From the human T2T-CHM13v2.0 reference genome, Homo sapiens: a stretch of DNA of 64,000 bases. The first letter of the stretch is position 1, and each line of letters begins with the position of its first letter. This document shows, one piece after another, positions 13,431-26,975 of this stretch. A program made the translations under genes and the position numbers. A model generated the notes under the pieces. That model saw nothing but the letters and a program-made list of their open reading frames with translations, was not told where the DNA came from and did not search any database. Where the stretch lies: the NCBI RefSeq assembly GCF_009914755.1, contig NC_060943.1; one strand, written 5' to 3'.

Positions 13431-13820
13431 GGAAACCCCTTGCAACACGATTTTCCTTTGGGGCTGAGGTGGAACAAAGGCTCTTTCCCAGGCCGTTGAT
13501 GTGCTTTGTAGAAAGCAGGAGCTCCCCGTGAAGCACCCAAGTACAAAGTGTACTGATGGGGGCCAAGGAGGGGGGTGGGAAGGGGAACAGGGGTCTCAAG
13601 GGTTCGCTGACCATGTGAGGTTAGCTAGACTGGCCTCTGGATCCACTGGGGTCCGCTAAAGCCCTCTCTTCCATGGGGGCAGTCTCAGATTTCCTACCAT
13701 GGGCCTTGGGCTTCTGTCCCTTGGTCCTTTATTTCAGGTGCCCCACAGAATGGTGCTGAATGGTTTGCAGGGATGTGCTTCTCTTCTGTTCGCTTAAGAC
13801 CTCAAACTGAAAAAATATGA

Positions 13821-14145
13821 GGGTGGGCGGTGACTCACTGTTATAATCCCAGCACTTTGGGAGGCCGAGGTGGGCGGATCATTTGACGTCAAGAGTTTGA
13901 GACCAGCCTGGCCAAAATGGTGAAACCCATTGTCTATTAGAAATACAAAAATTAGTTGGGTGTGTTGGGACATCCCTGTACTCCCAGCCTGGGAAGCTGA
14001 GGCATGATAATCACTTGAACCCAGGAGGCAGAGGTTGCAGTGAGCCGAGATTGTGCCACTGCACTCCAGCCTGGGTGACAGAGCAAGACTCTGTCTGAAA
14101 AGAAAAAAAAAAAGGAAGGAAGGAAGGAATGAAGGAAATGAAATG
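13821..14145 (+). mobile_element. AluS element with (GGAA)n-derived tail
   Basis: Full dimeric Alu; TSD aaaaatatga at 13811-13820 and 14146-14155. Confidence 0.95.
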
Positions 14146-14594
14146 AAAAATATGAAAATATCCCTCTGCCCCAAAGCCGTCCTACTAGAACCAGTCATGA
14201 CCTAATTCAATAAAACCAGCAGCTGGGAAATGCAGACCTCCACTTTATCCTCACACTGTCTACACTGGCATCCTTCTGCCACAAGGGAGATTCTGTGAGC
14301 TTTTGTGGACAAAGCTGGGTCTGGACACCCCTGGAGATGAGAAGCTATCCTGGGATAAATTTGACCCTTTGATAGTGGAGAGTTGCAAAGCCACTGATCC
14401 ACTAGGCTTAGCTGCTACACTACTGGATGAAGAAAATCGCCTTCATGAGACACAAGTACAGGATGCTTTCCTTGCCTGGCTGAGGGAGGGTCTACCGGAA
14501 ACCCCCTACAGACTCCTCCAACCCATTGAATCTCCAGTAGTTAAATGAAAGCACCAGACATTTGCAGCTAAGAGACTATGGGTCTCTGGAGAAG

Positions 14595-14730
14595 TGCTGG
14601 TCCTCTCTGAACCTCAGTTTCTCCACTGTAAATAGGTTTACCTTTCTTCCCCCTTGCCCCTGACCTTGGAGACCTATTGCAAAGATGAAATAATATGCGG
14701 AAGTAAAAGGCCTGGTACAGAGCTTCATCC
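14595..14730 (+). mobile_element. MIR
   Basis: cctctctgaacctcagtttctccactgtaaa ... gcctggtacagag matches MIR core and 3' end. Confidence 0.65.
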
Positions 14731-16076
14731 CCAGCAGCTAAGCAGAGGCTTAAACGATGGAGTCTATCATCATTGGTGATATCATAAATGAACTCCTTGG
14801 CAGCACCTTGTTCTAGAGCCACAGCTTTGAAACCTGCTGAATTGACAGAAACAGCAATAAAAAATTAAAAGTCAAAAGGCTCTGGAGTACATTTCTTAAA
14901 GTATCAGGCTGTGTTTTTCCCCCTTGTAAGTTTGCTGAGTCTCTGGAGGTCACCCTGCAATGGGCCATCCCTTGGGAGTAGGAAAGCAAGTTTGAGGCCC
15001 TAGGGGAGAATAGCTTGGGCCCGGGAAGGGGAGGTCCTGGCCTGCCTTGCTCCCTGCAGAGCCTGGGGACCCATGTGCCCAGCTGAGGGCCCTCTAGGGG
15101 GAGAAAAGCAGGAGGGGAGGAAGAGATATCAGTGTTTTCCAGGCCTTGCAGAGAGCTGTGGCATTAAAGGTCTGAAGAAGCCTGTTGGGGAACTTGCCCA
15201 GCCCTGGTGAGGCTCACAGACCAACTCTCTGGATTTGAACATGGCATCCTGAGCTGTTTCTCCTCATCCTCAGGGCTTCTCCACCGGACAGGGCTGCATT
15301 CACGCAGCCCACAAACCAACTGTTCTAAGAGCTGGTCCAGGAAGTCTTGTCTCTGGCCTGAGGTTCATTCAGGGTCCCCATCGTCTCTCACATTCAGGCT
15401 CAAAAAAGGTGCAGTGGCCAAACACGTGAATAGTAACATACCTGCTTTTGTGACACGCTTGTCCCCTTCTTGGGTGGCAGGTCCCAAATGCAGATTGTTT
15501 ATGTAGCCAGTTGCAGTGTAAAGGCTGTCATGAGAGACATGTAAGAAATGGAGTGAGAGGGTTCAGAAGCATTCTATCTGAAGGGGAGAGCTCTGTATTA
15601 ATTAGAAGAAAAATATTGATTGGTTGTGTGGCCTCAAGGGCAAAACCCCAAAGACCTGCAGAGAATCAGAGATGGCTGTTAAGCTGCTCTAAGTGGTACA
15701 AGGAAAATATCTGTGCCCCCAAGAGCAAATGCAGTGAATGGAATGGGATGGATGTTCAAGACAAGGTGCTGCTTGTAATGATCCCTCATCATGACCCTGT
15801 GACTTCAGTAAATATGACTAAACTAATAAAATGCCTAGTAAGAGTGGAGTGGAGGTGGAAACCATACATAAAATCATGTTTCAACTCAGGTTTGACTCAA
15901 AGAGAAACAGGAAGCTAGCACAGGTCAGAGGAGAGGGTGAGTTCCCGGAAGCTCCCACAGTTCATGGAATGTGTTTTGGACTTTCAGAGACTGGGAAAAT
16001 GGGGGTAGGGTGGAAATTTGGGTAAAGGGTAGTCAGATCTACGAGAAGCAGTGACATCCCAGGGAATCTCAGGGTT

Positions 16077-16793
16077 TGATATTATTGCATAATAAAGAAT
16101 TTAACTGGCCTCTGTCCCTGGTTCTGGGGATACAGACTCAACATCCTTGGAATTTTCCAAGTATTAGGAGAGTGCCTTTGTTCTTCATGAGCTCTTGGAT
16201 CTCACTGGAGTTCATGCCCATGAGATAACTCAGGATAGGGGCTAGTCAGTCACCAGAAAGGCCCATCATGGTCTTTGAGCCAGCTGGACCTCCAGGGAGG
16301 GGCTGGAGATTGAGTTCAATCACCTGGTCAATGATTTAATCCATGAGACCTGCATTATGAAATCCCAATAAAAACTTCGGACATTGAAGCTCAGTGGTGC
16401 TTCCTGGCTGGTGAACACATTGATATATTAGGAGGGTGATACATCCCGATTCCATGGGGAGTGGGTCTGGAAACTGTGTTTGGGACTATGTAAGGTATCA
16501 CTCTATGTATCTCTTTATTTGGCTGGTCCTGGTAATTTATCCTTTGTAATAAAACGTAATCATAAGCATAGTGATTTCCTAAGTTCTGGAAGTAATTCTA
16601 GAGAGTTATTGAACCTGAAGGGAGTTGTAGGTCTCCTTCAGAGTTGGTACCAGTTGGTCAGAAGTGTGGGTGCTCTGGGACCTCTGAATTTGCAGCACGT
16701 ATCTAAATAAAGTGAGGGCGGTCTTATTTAGCCTGTGGAGTCTATACTAACTCCAGGCAATTAGTGTCAGAATTGGACTGTAACACACCAGTT
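16077..16793 (+). mobile_element. MER21-family (MER21B/C-like) LTR
   Basis: Recalled MER21 segments: ggggctggagattgagttcaatcacctggtcaatgatttaatc, gcttcctggctggtgaacacattgat, ctaactccaggcaattagtgtcagaattg. Confidence 0.8.
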
Positions 16794-18290
16794 AGGTAAT
16801 AGGAAGTGAGTCTTTCATTATGTGAGTCCTTCTGCTTCCTCAAACCTATTTGGTAAACACTCCAAGTATAATTCTGAATAAGAACAAGCCTTTTTGTTCC
16901 CCACTTGGGTCCTAGGACCTGGCAAAATGCAGCCTTGGGTGTAGCTACATTGTTTTGTAGCCTCATTATGTCCCTTCTCCAAAGACAGGGTGGCATGAGC
17001 TCAGGGAGGGGCTACTTGTTCTGGGGCGGGCTGGTTCTTTGGAAGGGCACAAGCAAACCATAAACAAAGCTCCACCTTTGCAAAGGCAGCACCAGGACTT
17101 CTGTTTGGGAGGTCCTTGGGATGACAAACTGGTTCTGAGATGTCTTCAAGATGCTTCTGTATAACAAGCATATGTTTTTGACTTTGATTGTATGTTTATT
17201 TAAGGAGGCTCAGGGAGGGCTGATGGAAGTTATAGGGTGGGGACGGCTCTGATCCAACCCAAGCAGCTCCTTGGCCCAGGCATTTTCCCTTTGGTGAGGC
17301 ATGCAGTCCCTAAAGAGGTAAGTGTCAGAGAAGGCCCAGATTATAAATCTTTCCCCCAGAGCAATGCAGTTTCATTGTACTTAAAAATAATTAAACAAAT
17401 CTGTAAAACATGTTTCCATTGCATTAGTTTACTTCACTTGGCCCCGCAATGTGAGGATCATAATTACTTAAATATTTCCCTTTACTATTTTTCAAAACAT
17501 TTTTCTAAATTGTCGAAAAACATTCTGGAGACAGTTGGATAAAAACATAGTGAACATGTGTCTGATTAATTTTTTAAGACAATCGAGATCAAATGCAAAA
17601 AATGATTGGAAATGGTTTCAGAGTGACAATAAAAGACAGAAATCTCAGAGCGGGGAGTGCGGTGACTCATAAGGCAGAAAGGATTTATCATTTTTACTAC
17701 AGTATTTATTTGAACGCACATGACAGGGAGCGAGCTGGCCTGGTGTGCAAATTGCCAAAGGTGGAGTGTGGCCCGAGGAGGCTGTGTCCAGTTAGGGCCA
17801 TTCCCCCAAGTGGGCTCCAGGACCAGGCTCTCTCCTGATGCCGAGCTTGTAAAACAAGAGATCACTCTCAGCAGCCATTCTTTGTCTCCTGTCATTACAA
17901 ACAACTCGAGGGCAATCCGCTGGCTTCTCGACAAGCAGATCTGTCCCTCATCTGTCAGCTGACAATCAGGCCACCATCCCGAGGCCACCGCTCGGGCTGC
18001 CGGGTGATGGAAAGCCACTTGTCAAAGGAGGGTTGATGATGTTTACTTACAAGCACTTCCTAAGCTTGAACTGAATTTCATTTGACTTTATTCAGTTTAT
18101 TTTGTTGAGTCCTTTTTTTAAAACTTATTTTTTAAGTTCCAATAAACAATAGAGATCACGGAATGTGATTTCTTTTTCTAGCAAAACAGTCCTACCCTTC
18201 TGCCCTCCTTCTCTAGCATCCATTGTCTGAGAAATGTCACAAGGGGAAGAGAGGCCGGGCCTCCCTCTGAATTCTTTGCCCTTCCAGGGG

Positions 18291-18652
18291 TGATACGGTT
18301 TGGCTGTGTCCCCATCCAAATCTCATCTTGAATTATAGCTCTCATAATTCCCACGTGTTGTGGGAGGGACCCAGAGGGAGATAATTGAGTCATGGGGGAG
18401 TTTTCCTCCACACTGTTCTCATGGTAGTGAATAAGTCTCACGAGATCTGATGGTTTTATAAGGGGTTTCTGCTTACACTTGGCTTGCATTCTCTCTTACC
18501 TGGGTGCCTTGTTGGAAGTGTCTTTTGTCTTCCACCATGATTGTGAGGCCTCCCAGCCATGTGGAACTGTGAGTCCATTAAACCTCTTTTTCTTTATAAA
18601 TTACCCAGTCTCGGGTATGTCTTTATCAGCAGCATGAAAACAGACTGACATA
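18291..18652 (+). mobile_element. THE1 (THE1B/C-like) MaLR solo LTR
   Basis: tgatacggtttggctgtgtccccatccaaatctcatcttgaatt ... ctttatcagcagcatgaaaacagactgacata; ~360 bp; TSD degenerate (agggg/aggaa). Confidence 0.93.
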
Positions 18653-21303
18653 AGGAACTCCAAGAAGGTTCCAGGCGGGGACACTGCAGCCAGATCATCT
18701 ATCAGTTTGAAGGATACAACCCCTATTTTGCTGAATGAATTTGGGTCTCCAAGCATGGAGGTGCGTACGCTAGGGCTCTACCCTAAATCCCAAACTGGAA
18801 CTCTTTTGAAGGGACCTCAACATATTGAAGGTCATGGCCCTATCAATCATTCTCATATCCCCATGACATTTTCTTTATTTTGTCCTTAAGACAATTTGTA
18901 TTATTTTTTATAGTGCAGAGACTAATATGCCTTTTTGTTTGAAATGGCCAGATATAGGAGGTTGTTGTCCCAGGTTTCACATCACAGATAAGTATCTTTG
19001 TTTCAACTGGAAGAAAAGGACAGGCAATGGGGGCCGGTCTTGCCCGTGATGTCCCAGGCCATTCTTGGCACCTGGAGTTGGTTTGAGTAGGACCCTAAGT
19101 CCTGGATTCTGGGAGCCTGGGCCCTGTATCATTTGCTGAGGGCAGTTAGGCATCGTCTGCTGGAAGTTGGGGTGCTCTTTGGTGGCCCATGCACAGAAGG
19201 GAATTGTCAGGCTGGAGTGAGATAAAGTGATTGTCCACCTGGTACTCACTGGCCCATAATCTATCCCTGGGAAGCTGTGTTCAGGGCTGGAAGGTCAGCT
19301 TTATTCCCTGGTCACCCATGCTCTTACTGCTTCTGAACATAAGGAACAAACAGCTCACCTTGGCCGGAGGTATAACATGTTCATGGAGGTGAACCAAATA
19401 GTTAGAATTATATACAATCATGGCTTGGCCCCTTGATGTTCATTCAAGTCAGGTAGAGGGTGCTCTAGGAGCTCACAGGTAGTGGGGGATGAAAAGTGGA
19501 TGTGGGTGAGAGAGGGTTGAACACACACACGCCACACTCAGGTGGTGGGCTGGGCCAGTGAGCACCTTAGGCTGGTGCCTAAGGAAGATGTGGGAGGGGC
19601 TGAGGCAGGGAGTGGCCTGGGAGGATGATGGCTTCAGGGAGAGCTCCTGTCCACACTGCAGGGATATTTGCTGTGCTGCCCTGAGATTTCCAAAATCTAA
19701 CGCTGAACTTTATCTTACTTCTCTCTTCTCCAAGACTTGAGTTTCTAAGCTTTGAACATTGTGGTGGTTTGGATGCATTTTGCAGCCATAATTTGGTGAG
19801 GATTTCTTGCCAATCTTTGTAATCATTGGAGGTCCTGGATCCCGAAGATTTAAGGGTAGGGGCCCAGACCTACCACCCAGAGTGCTGAGTGCCTGTGGAA
19901 GCAAGAAGCAGAGAAGGGGGTTGGGGCAGGGAGCTGCAGCCTCACGTGAGACACCTCTGCCCTGCTGGCTGCACCCCTCCCTTTTGTTGCCAATTCTTTA
20001 CCTACTAAGGTGCAGCCAGATGGAAAGAAACCTTGAGTTTAACTCCTTTCTTGAGAGTGGCATCAATCATGTGCCACCTTTGCTAGGGAATCCGAGGGCC
20101 TCGTGAATAATTCAGAAATGCTACATAGAATACTTGTTACTCCCAAGTGTTAATGAAAATATCAAGGGAATTAATTAACAGTCAATTATATCAATTTTAG
20201 AGTTGGACATTGATTCTGATGCTGAGAGCTAAATCTGAATTTTTGCTACAGTTCCTTTTCCTAATTCTCAACTTGTCTTTGTCATTTCTAGTCAAACTTA
20301 TAGGGGGGAACATGTTTGAATTATTTTCATTGCCTTGCTGTATTTCAGCTTACTTCTGATAAATAAAGATTAAAAAAAGAACTGGTCCAGTATTACATAT
20401 TTTCTACAGCTGTATGTGTACATGTAGAGGTGTTATCTTGGTCTTTGTATTACACTGCTTGGGGGAAAAGGGAGTTTCAAACTATGGATAATACATTACC
20501 AACAAAAGCGAAAAAGCAAAAATAACATGCATACTATTTGCATAGAAATGTACATATTTTACCCAGACCATCACATGGAAGAGCTCACAAGAGATGAGAA
20601 GATGGAAAAAGAAAATTGCAGGTAGTGTTTTCACCAGTTGTTGATGACAATGGGAGCATAGGAGTCTGTCCATCCTGAATGTGTGACAAGTTTTCTAGGC
20701 ATTTGTTAAACTTCACATATGAAGAGATTTTTCAACCCCTCTCTGATCTTTGATATTAAGAAAAAGCATTTCATTGAAAACAGTCTTTGCAGGATTTGGC
20801 ACGAGTCGTCTAGACTGCTTTATGAAAAATGACAGCTAGTAGAAAAGTAATTAAAGATGTATTTTGCTGAAAGCAAAAGTATTTTTGGAATCAATACCAA
20901 CTATCTTTAATTTGCCAGTTCTTTCCACAATCATTGTGTGTTATCTGGAGGATCTCAATTCTAGAGAACGGAGGTGCCAGCCCCTTTCTGGTCTTGCTTT
21001 TACGTCCTCTGTCTGCTTCCTCACCATCCTCAAGTAAGGTTAGAGGAGGGCTGGGCAGGGAAGAAGAGGCATGGTCACTGTGGTGGAGCAGGAGCCAGTG
21101 GATCTCTCCCAGGAAAGCCAGCTGCTCAACGAGCTCCTCCCAGGGCAGCAGAGATGTTTGAAAAGTAGCAGCAATGAATCCAGGTGCAGCAAAAGAAGCG
21201 GTTGTTGGTGGTGGTAACTCTGGTTTTAAGTTGGAAACAAAAGGGGAAGGCAGCTTCATTTATGCTTTTGAGAAGTTTTGAGGCAGAAAGACAACCCTCC
21301 TAA

Positions 21304-21617
<314 letters not shown>

Positions 21618-21829
21618 TCTTCACCTCTCTTTATGGGAAGCATTTGCCTTAGCTGGTTGGGAGCTCCCTGCAGGTGGTCAGGGCTACTCTTCCCATTTCT
21701 GTGCGAGATACCAGGTAAACCACATGTACTCCATATGTGCTTGGGTGTGGCTTGATTGATGATGACAAGATTAGGCTCCCAGCCTGCAGGGTCCCCTTTT
21801 TGGCCCTATTCTCCCCTTCTCTCCCTCAC

Positions 21830-22080
21830 ATATCCTTTCTTCACCTACCTGACACTCACTCATCTTTCAGGAGTCAGCTTAGATGACACTTCCTCCAGGA
21901 AGCCTTCTTGGAATGCCTCACCACCCCAGTTGCATCTCAGAAGATCAGCTCTTTTTCCACCCAATTCCATCACGCTGTATTTGGTTAATGGTCTAACTTC
22001 CTTAGAATTTCTGGGGACAAGGGCCAGAATTTTCTCACCAATTTTCTCCCTTTCCTAGTATGGGGCCTTGTACTGTACTC
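21830..22080 (+). mobile_element. L2 3' fragment
   Basis: ctcatctttcaggagtcagcttagatgacacttcctccaggaagcctt is a classic L2 motif. Confidence 0.65.
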
Positions 22081-22627
22081 CTTGTGTTTGAGGGAGTCAG
22101 AGGCAGGGGCTGAGGACAACAGACAGCATATTGTAACTGCAGTCATGTTTCTGCCATGTGTTTCTCTCACCCTCTTAGCCTACAGGTCTCTGGGTCCATG
22201 GGAGTGGTCCCAGGGTTTGAACAGACTGGCCTTTTCCAGGTCTCTCTGTGTTAGAACATGAAGGCCTCTTCCCTCTCAGCACCAGAGAAAAGCTGGGGTC
22301 AATGGGCAGTGAGCCCTCCACCACTAGGAGGACACTGGGAACCCGGCACTCGTTAGGACTGATGGGCAGGTGGATTGAGGAGGTGAGGTGACTGAGGGAC
22401 TGAGGATGCCTGGGTAGCACCATGGCTTTGTGACACTTGAATCTGCCACAGCTGTGGGGCCTTCCCAGGCCACTCTTCAGGCCATAGAGCCCTGCACTGG
22501 CCACCTTCCCCTCCACAGGCCAGGGGGTGAACCCCACCGGCATGGTCGGGGGTCTGTGTGCTCTGATCCTGGAGTTGTGGGGTTCCTCTGGGGGAACTCA
22601 GAGAGCATCATACTAGAAGTGGAAGGA

Positions 22628-22880
22628 GGCTGAGCGCAGGGGCTCATGGCTGTCATCCCAACACTTAGGAAAGCTGAGGGGGGAGGGTCTCTGGAGGCCA
22701 GGAGTTTGAGACCAGCCTGTGCAACATAACGAGGCCCTGTCTCTATTAATTTTTTTTAATTAGCTGAGCATGGTGGCATATGCCTCTAGTCCCTGCACCT
22801 TGGGAGGCTGAGATAGGAGGATTGCTTGAGCCCAGGAGTTCAAGGCTGCAATGAGCTATGATTGTGCTATTGCACTCCAG
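22628..22880 (+). mobile_element. AluJ element truncated at its 3' end
   Basis: J-type right arm (ggattgcttgagcccaggagttcaaggctgcaatgagctatgattg); stops at gcactccag with no A-tail. Confidence 0.9.
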
Positions 22881-22881
22881 T

Positions 22882-23177
22882 GGCTGGGCGTGGTGGCTCA
22901 CGCCTGTCATCCCAGCACTTTGGGAGGCCGAGGCGGGCGGATCACCAGGAGTTTGAGACCAGCTTGGACAACATGGTGAAACCCCGTCTCTACTAGAAAA
23001 ATACAAAAATTAGCTGGGTGTGGTGGTGCACGTCTGTAGTCCCAGCTACTCGGGAGGCTGAAGGGGAGGATCTTTTGAGCCCAGGAGGTAGAGATTGCAG
23101 TGAGCCAAGATCGCACCAATGCACTCCAGCCTGGGTGACAATGTGAGACCCTGTCTCAAAAAGAAAAAAAAAAAAAA
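22882..23177 (+). mobile_element. Alu (Jb/S-like) fused head-to-tail to the preceding AluJ
   Basis: Complete dimer from ggctgggcgtggtggctca to gagaccctgtctc plus A-tail; small deletion in left arm (atcacc-aggag). Confidence 0.93.
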
Positions 23178-26100
23178 GAAGTGTATCTTCTTGAGAAATT
23201 CAACATTCTATAAGAGTTCAAAGAATTCAACCTGTCTTCAAGTTTACTCTACATACAAATCTTTGTCCTGTCCTCCAGAGGACTGAGGCTTTAAGTGACA
23301 ATTTGTGCAGCATGAGCTGTGAGTGGATTTGCTGTGAAAGAGAGAGAAGATTAAGACAAGCCTTTGCCTTCCAAAGCAAAATGTTTAGAGAAGGAACTAA
23401 GACTTATGCCGAGGAAATAGGGGGCAGAGAATCCCAGAGAGGTGCAGGGCAGGAGGGTAAGGGATCCTTCTCCCCAGCCTGGCCCCTGGACTCCTCTCAC
23501 TGCTGGTTCACCAGCTCCCCAGGATGGGACTCACCTTTGGGCTCTCTGTGCCTGGGAGCCACTCCCAGTGATCTCCTCAGACCACTTCTTCCGTTAAAGC
23601 ATGGATTAGTCTGTGATCCCTGGGTCCAGAGGATGGAATGGTGGGTTATTGGGAAGGGCAGGAGTTTCTGGGAAGGTTTCCAAAGGGGAGGTTGCACGGA
23701 GCCTGTAGGGACATCTTTGTTGGAGCAGGTCTGCATTCTGGGGGAGAAGCCTGGAACAGTCAGGGATGTAGTGGCATGTGATTTATGGCTAAGACACACG
23801 CCTTGTCTACCAGCCAGTGGTTTTGCTTTCAACAGATCAAGGTGGCCTTGCCACCTAAGCATTTAGCGAAACCCTCTTTCTTGTACCAAAAGCCTGGCTA
23901 TGGCCCCTCTGCTGCTGGAGCTGGATTGGGGTCAGGGCTTCCTGATATTTGACTTATAGAAGGTTCACCAACTCAAATGCACTAGGGGACAGATAACAGA
24001 TGCTGGCAAGTGCCCCTTAGAGAGAGGTAGAGACTGGAATAAGCACACACCCTCTAAATACACACAGCCGAAAAATTGCCTACCATTCCATCCAAAAATG
24101 CATGCCATCGAGCCAAATTTCCCATGTTGTGAATCCTGGTTAAAGGGGAGCTAGTGAAGGGCACAGAATCAAGGTTTGTGGAGTGTTGGAGTTGATTGCT
24201 GGTCTCATTACTAAGTGACACTGACAAGCACCTAACCCTCCTCCTCCTGCTGCACGAGCCTTGGTTCCACCTGCAAAATGCAGCAGGAACACAGCTGAGC
24301 CACAGGGCCGTGGTGAATGATTGTGACCAGGTGATCCAGTGTGGAGCGTGCCTTGCCCTAAGAAAGGAATTACACTGTGCTTTGCTTGAAACCAATAAAC
24401 ACGCAGTCTTTCATGGCCTCACTCCTCTTACATCAGCTGAAGCCAACTGCTAACTCTCTGCCTCATTTTCACTTCCTAATGAAGGGAAATCTAATATCAG
24501 CTTTAGGCTGGACGTGGAAATAACCTAGCTCCTCCGATGTGAGGAGCGGGTGGAGGAGCCGCGGCTCGGCTCCTGCAATCCTGCTGCATTGTCTGCCATC
24601 ACCGCTGGGGGCGTGGTAGGGGAAGAAATGGTGCTTAGCCTGTGTCCTGGTCCCCATGCAGTTGGGAGATGGCTGGAACCCCTTCCACCTCCTTCAGCCG
24701 AGACTTCTTTGCACCATCCAAAAGGGTTAGGACTCCCCTCCTCACCATGCGGAGAAAACTTTGGGCGGCTGACCCCAACTCTCCTCACGCACAGCCAATC
24801 TCCTTCCAATTCTTTCATCAGCGTTGGGACTGTCAGCTCAAACCTGACAAGTGACAAGTCTCGGGCTCATGCTGACTAGATAATCAAAGTCTTGTCAGGG
24901 CTGTCAATACCCTGCAGATAGGAGAGGACAAAGGGAGGAAAGGTTTCTACAGAAACCGCTGCCTTCACACAAACGCTGTCGAAGCCTCTTACCCAAATCA
25001 CCTGTTTGTCCCTAAACGTCATTTACTGCTGAATCTATGGGCTCAAAAGCACAAACCCTGAAAATGAAATAATAGCCTGATATTATACATAGAAAATGCA
25101 AATTTTTCTATTTTGTGGACGATTATCTTGTAATATACCATCTAAGAAATGCATACGTGTATTTTTTGGTAACACTTAATCGCAGTAACTTGGTGGAAGA
25201 GATTTTTTCCAGTAAAAAAAAAAATACATAAAAAATCTAAACTGAAATATGCCAATTATGTAGCATAGACTTACCTGTGTTGCATCTTTCTGGTAACACA
25301 AGTAAATGAAGTATGTATTGCAGCATCTAATAGATGCAGTCGCACAGGTGCATAAATGTCCTCCAAGACCCCACTTTGGTCTCGCTAGCAAGGATATGCA
25401 GGTTGGTGAGCTAACAGCCTTTACCTGAGAGTGGTGGCCCCTTGTCCATCTTCATCCAGACACCAGCAGAGACTGACATAGGCCAACCAGTCTGTGAAGA
25501 GGAAGAGGATGTCAGGGTCTTAAAGCCAAGGGCTCAGGGAGAACAGGGGTTCTGGCATGAGCCCCGTTTCCTCTCCTCTCCTCTTTCCACACCCAGGTCA
25601 GTGTCTAGCCTTCACCCTCAAATCAAAGCCTGTTGTCTTTGTAAAAGGGCTCCTGTTCAGTGATACTAAGCCAGCTTCCTTCCCTGGACTGGTGGAGCCT
25701 CCGGTAAATGCAGGTTTAAACGTGAGTGTGCAGATGACATTTCTTGGTAGAGAGATGGCCCCTGGAGAGGAGACTTAGAGCCCTTCTTGGGCCTGTGCCT
25801 TGGCCTGGGTCAGTTCGTCCTGGGAGCACTTGGTCTGGCTGCCCTGGCTTAACCAGGGGAGAATGGTGGGCCCCTGTCAAGGCAACTGCTGAGGGAGGCT
25901 GACCCCTTTTCACTGGAACAAACCAACCGCCTCTCCTGGCACCGGAGCTCCTGTGCACCAGCCTCCCACCCCCTACCTCACCTCCCCCTAGCTTTTCCTC
26001 TCCAACCACTGTGGTTATTCCTTTTGTTTCAGACGATGCCTATGTGGACCCACCCAGGATCCCTGCACTTGCTGGTGCCTCTCTTCCCTCCTCCTGGCGA

Positions 26101-26709
26101 GGTCTCAGCAGGGATGTCTCTTCTCTTCTCTGGTCAGCTCCTTAGCGGTCCCAGCGTCCCAGAGCCAAGGTACCCCTCCCTCCCTGCCACTCTCATTGAT
26201 GGCCCTTTTTGAGCATCTTGGCAACACTGACAGCTCTCTGCAATGTTCTTGCTCCTGAGTTCGCTTCCTTGTTTATTACCTCCCCTTCGCAGAGGCACAC
26301 AACGCAAGTCCAGCGGGGCAGGGGCCTTGTCCTTTTGCTCTTTGTCCCTTGCTGTTTCCCAGCATCATGGCAGTGCCTAGAAGGTGGCGGATGCGGAAAG
26401 ATGACGCCTCTGCCTGTGGCTGGAGTTAGGGGCTGAAGACACTGGGAACTCCTGCCTGTCGGAGGATGCACAGGGAGCTTCTCACCCCAGGGAGGGCCAC
26501 GGGCATCTTGTCTGTGAAGTTGGAACTGAGTTTGTCTCCAGGCCTCAGGGACTTCTCATGCAATCTTATCTACTGTGTGGGCCCCAATCCTCACCCCAAG
26601 GGAGCACTGTGCATCCTTAGTGCTCATTGCTGCATCTCCCTTCAGATGCTCCTGGGGGAGAGGTTCAGGAAAAGATCCAGTACCCATCACAGCAGGTATC
26701 ATCTGCTTC

Positions 26710-26975
26710 TTCACATTGCCCACCCTGCTCCAAGGCCTGCGCTAGGTCTGGGGCTTATGAATAGAAATAAGGCTCTATCCCTGCCTTCCAGCAGCTTATG
26801 GTTTAGCGAAAGAGACAGGCACATAAACGTGTGAGAGATTACAGCGTGGTCAGGTAGAAACAATGAGGAAGGGCTCACACTCAGCATGGAATATCAGGGA
26901 AGACTTCCTGGAGGAGGTGACACTTGACCTGGAATTAGATTTCAGAATGAAAGCTAAATAGAAAATGGGCCAAAA
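26710..26975 (-). mobile_element. L2 3' fragment
   Basis: ccctgccttccagcagcttatggtttag and atcagggaagacttcctggaggaggtgacacttga match antisense L2. Confidence 0.7.

Noticed and set aside
13794-14198. Alu-derived ORFs (also at ~21369, 22746, 32243, 49683, 61139, 63492)
   Set aside because: Standard Alu antisense translations (LECSG..., [10 protein letters not shown]...), not genes.
20482-21260. Possible processed pseudogene or exon (122-aa minus-strand ORF)
   Set aside because: No protein family recognised and no poly-A/TSD pair found; a tBLASTx search would settle it.
23303-23866. 187-aa plus-strand ORF
   Set aside because: Non-ATG start, no recognisable homology, composition typical of random genomic ORFs.
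24600-24616. CTCF-like caccgctgggggcgtgg
   Set aside because: Lacks the conserved AG of the core and needs several mismatches.
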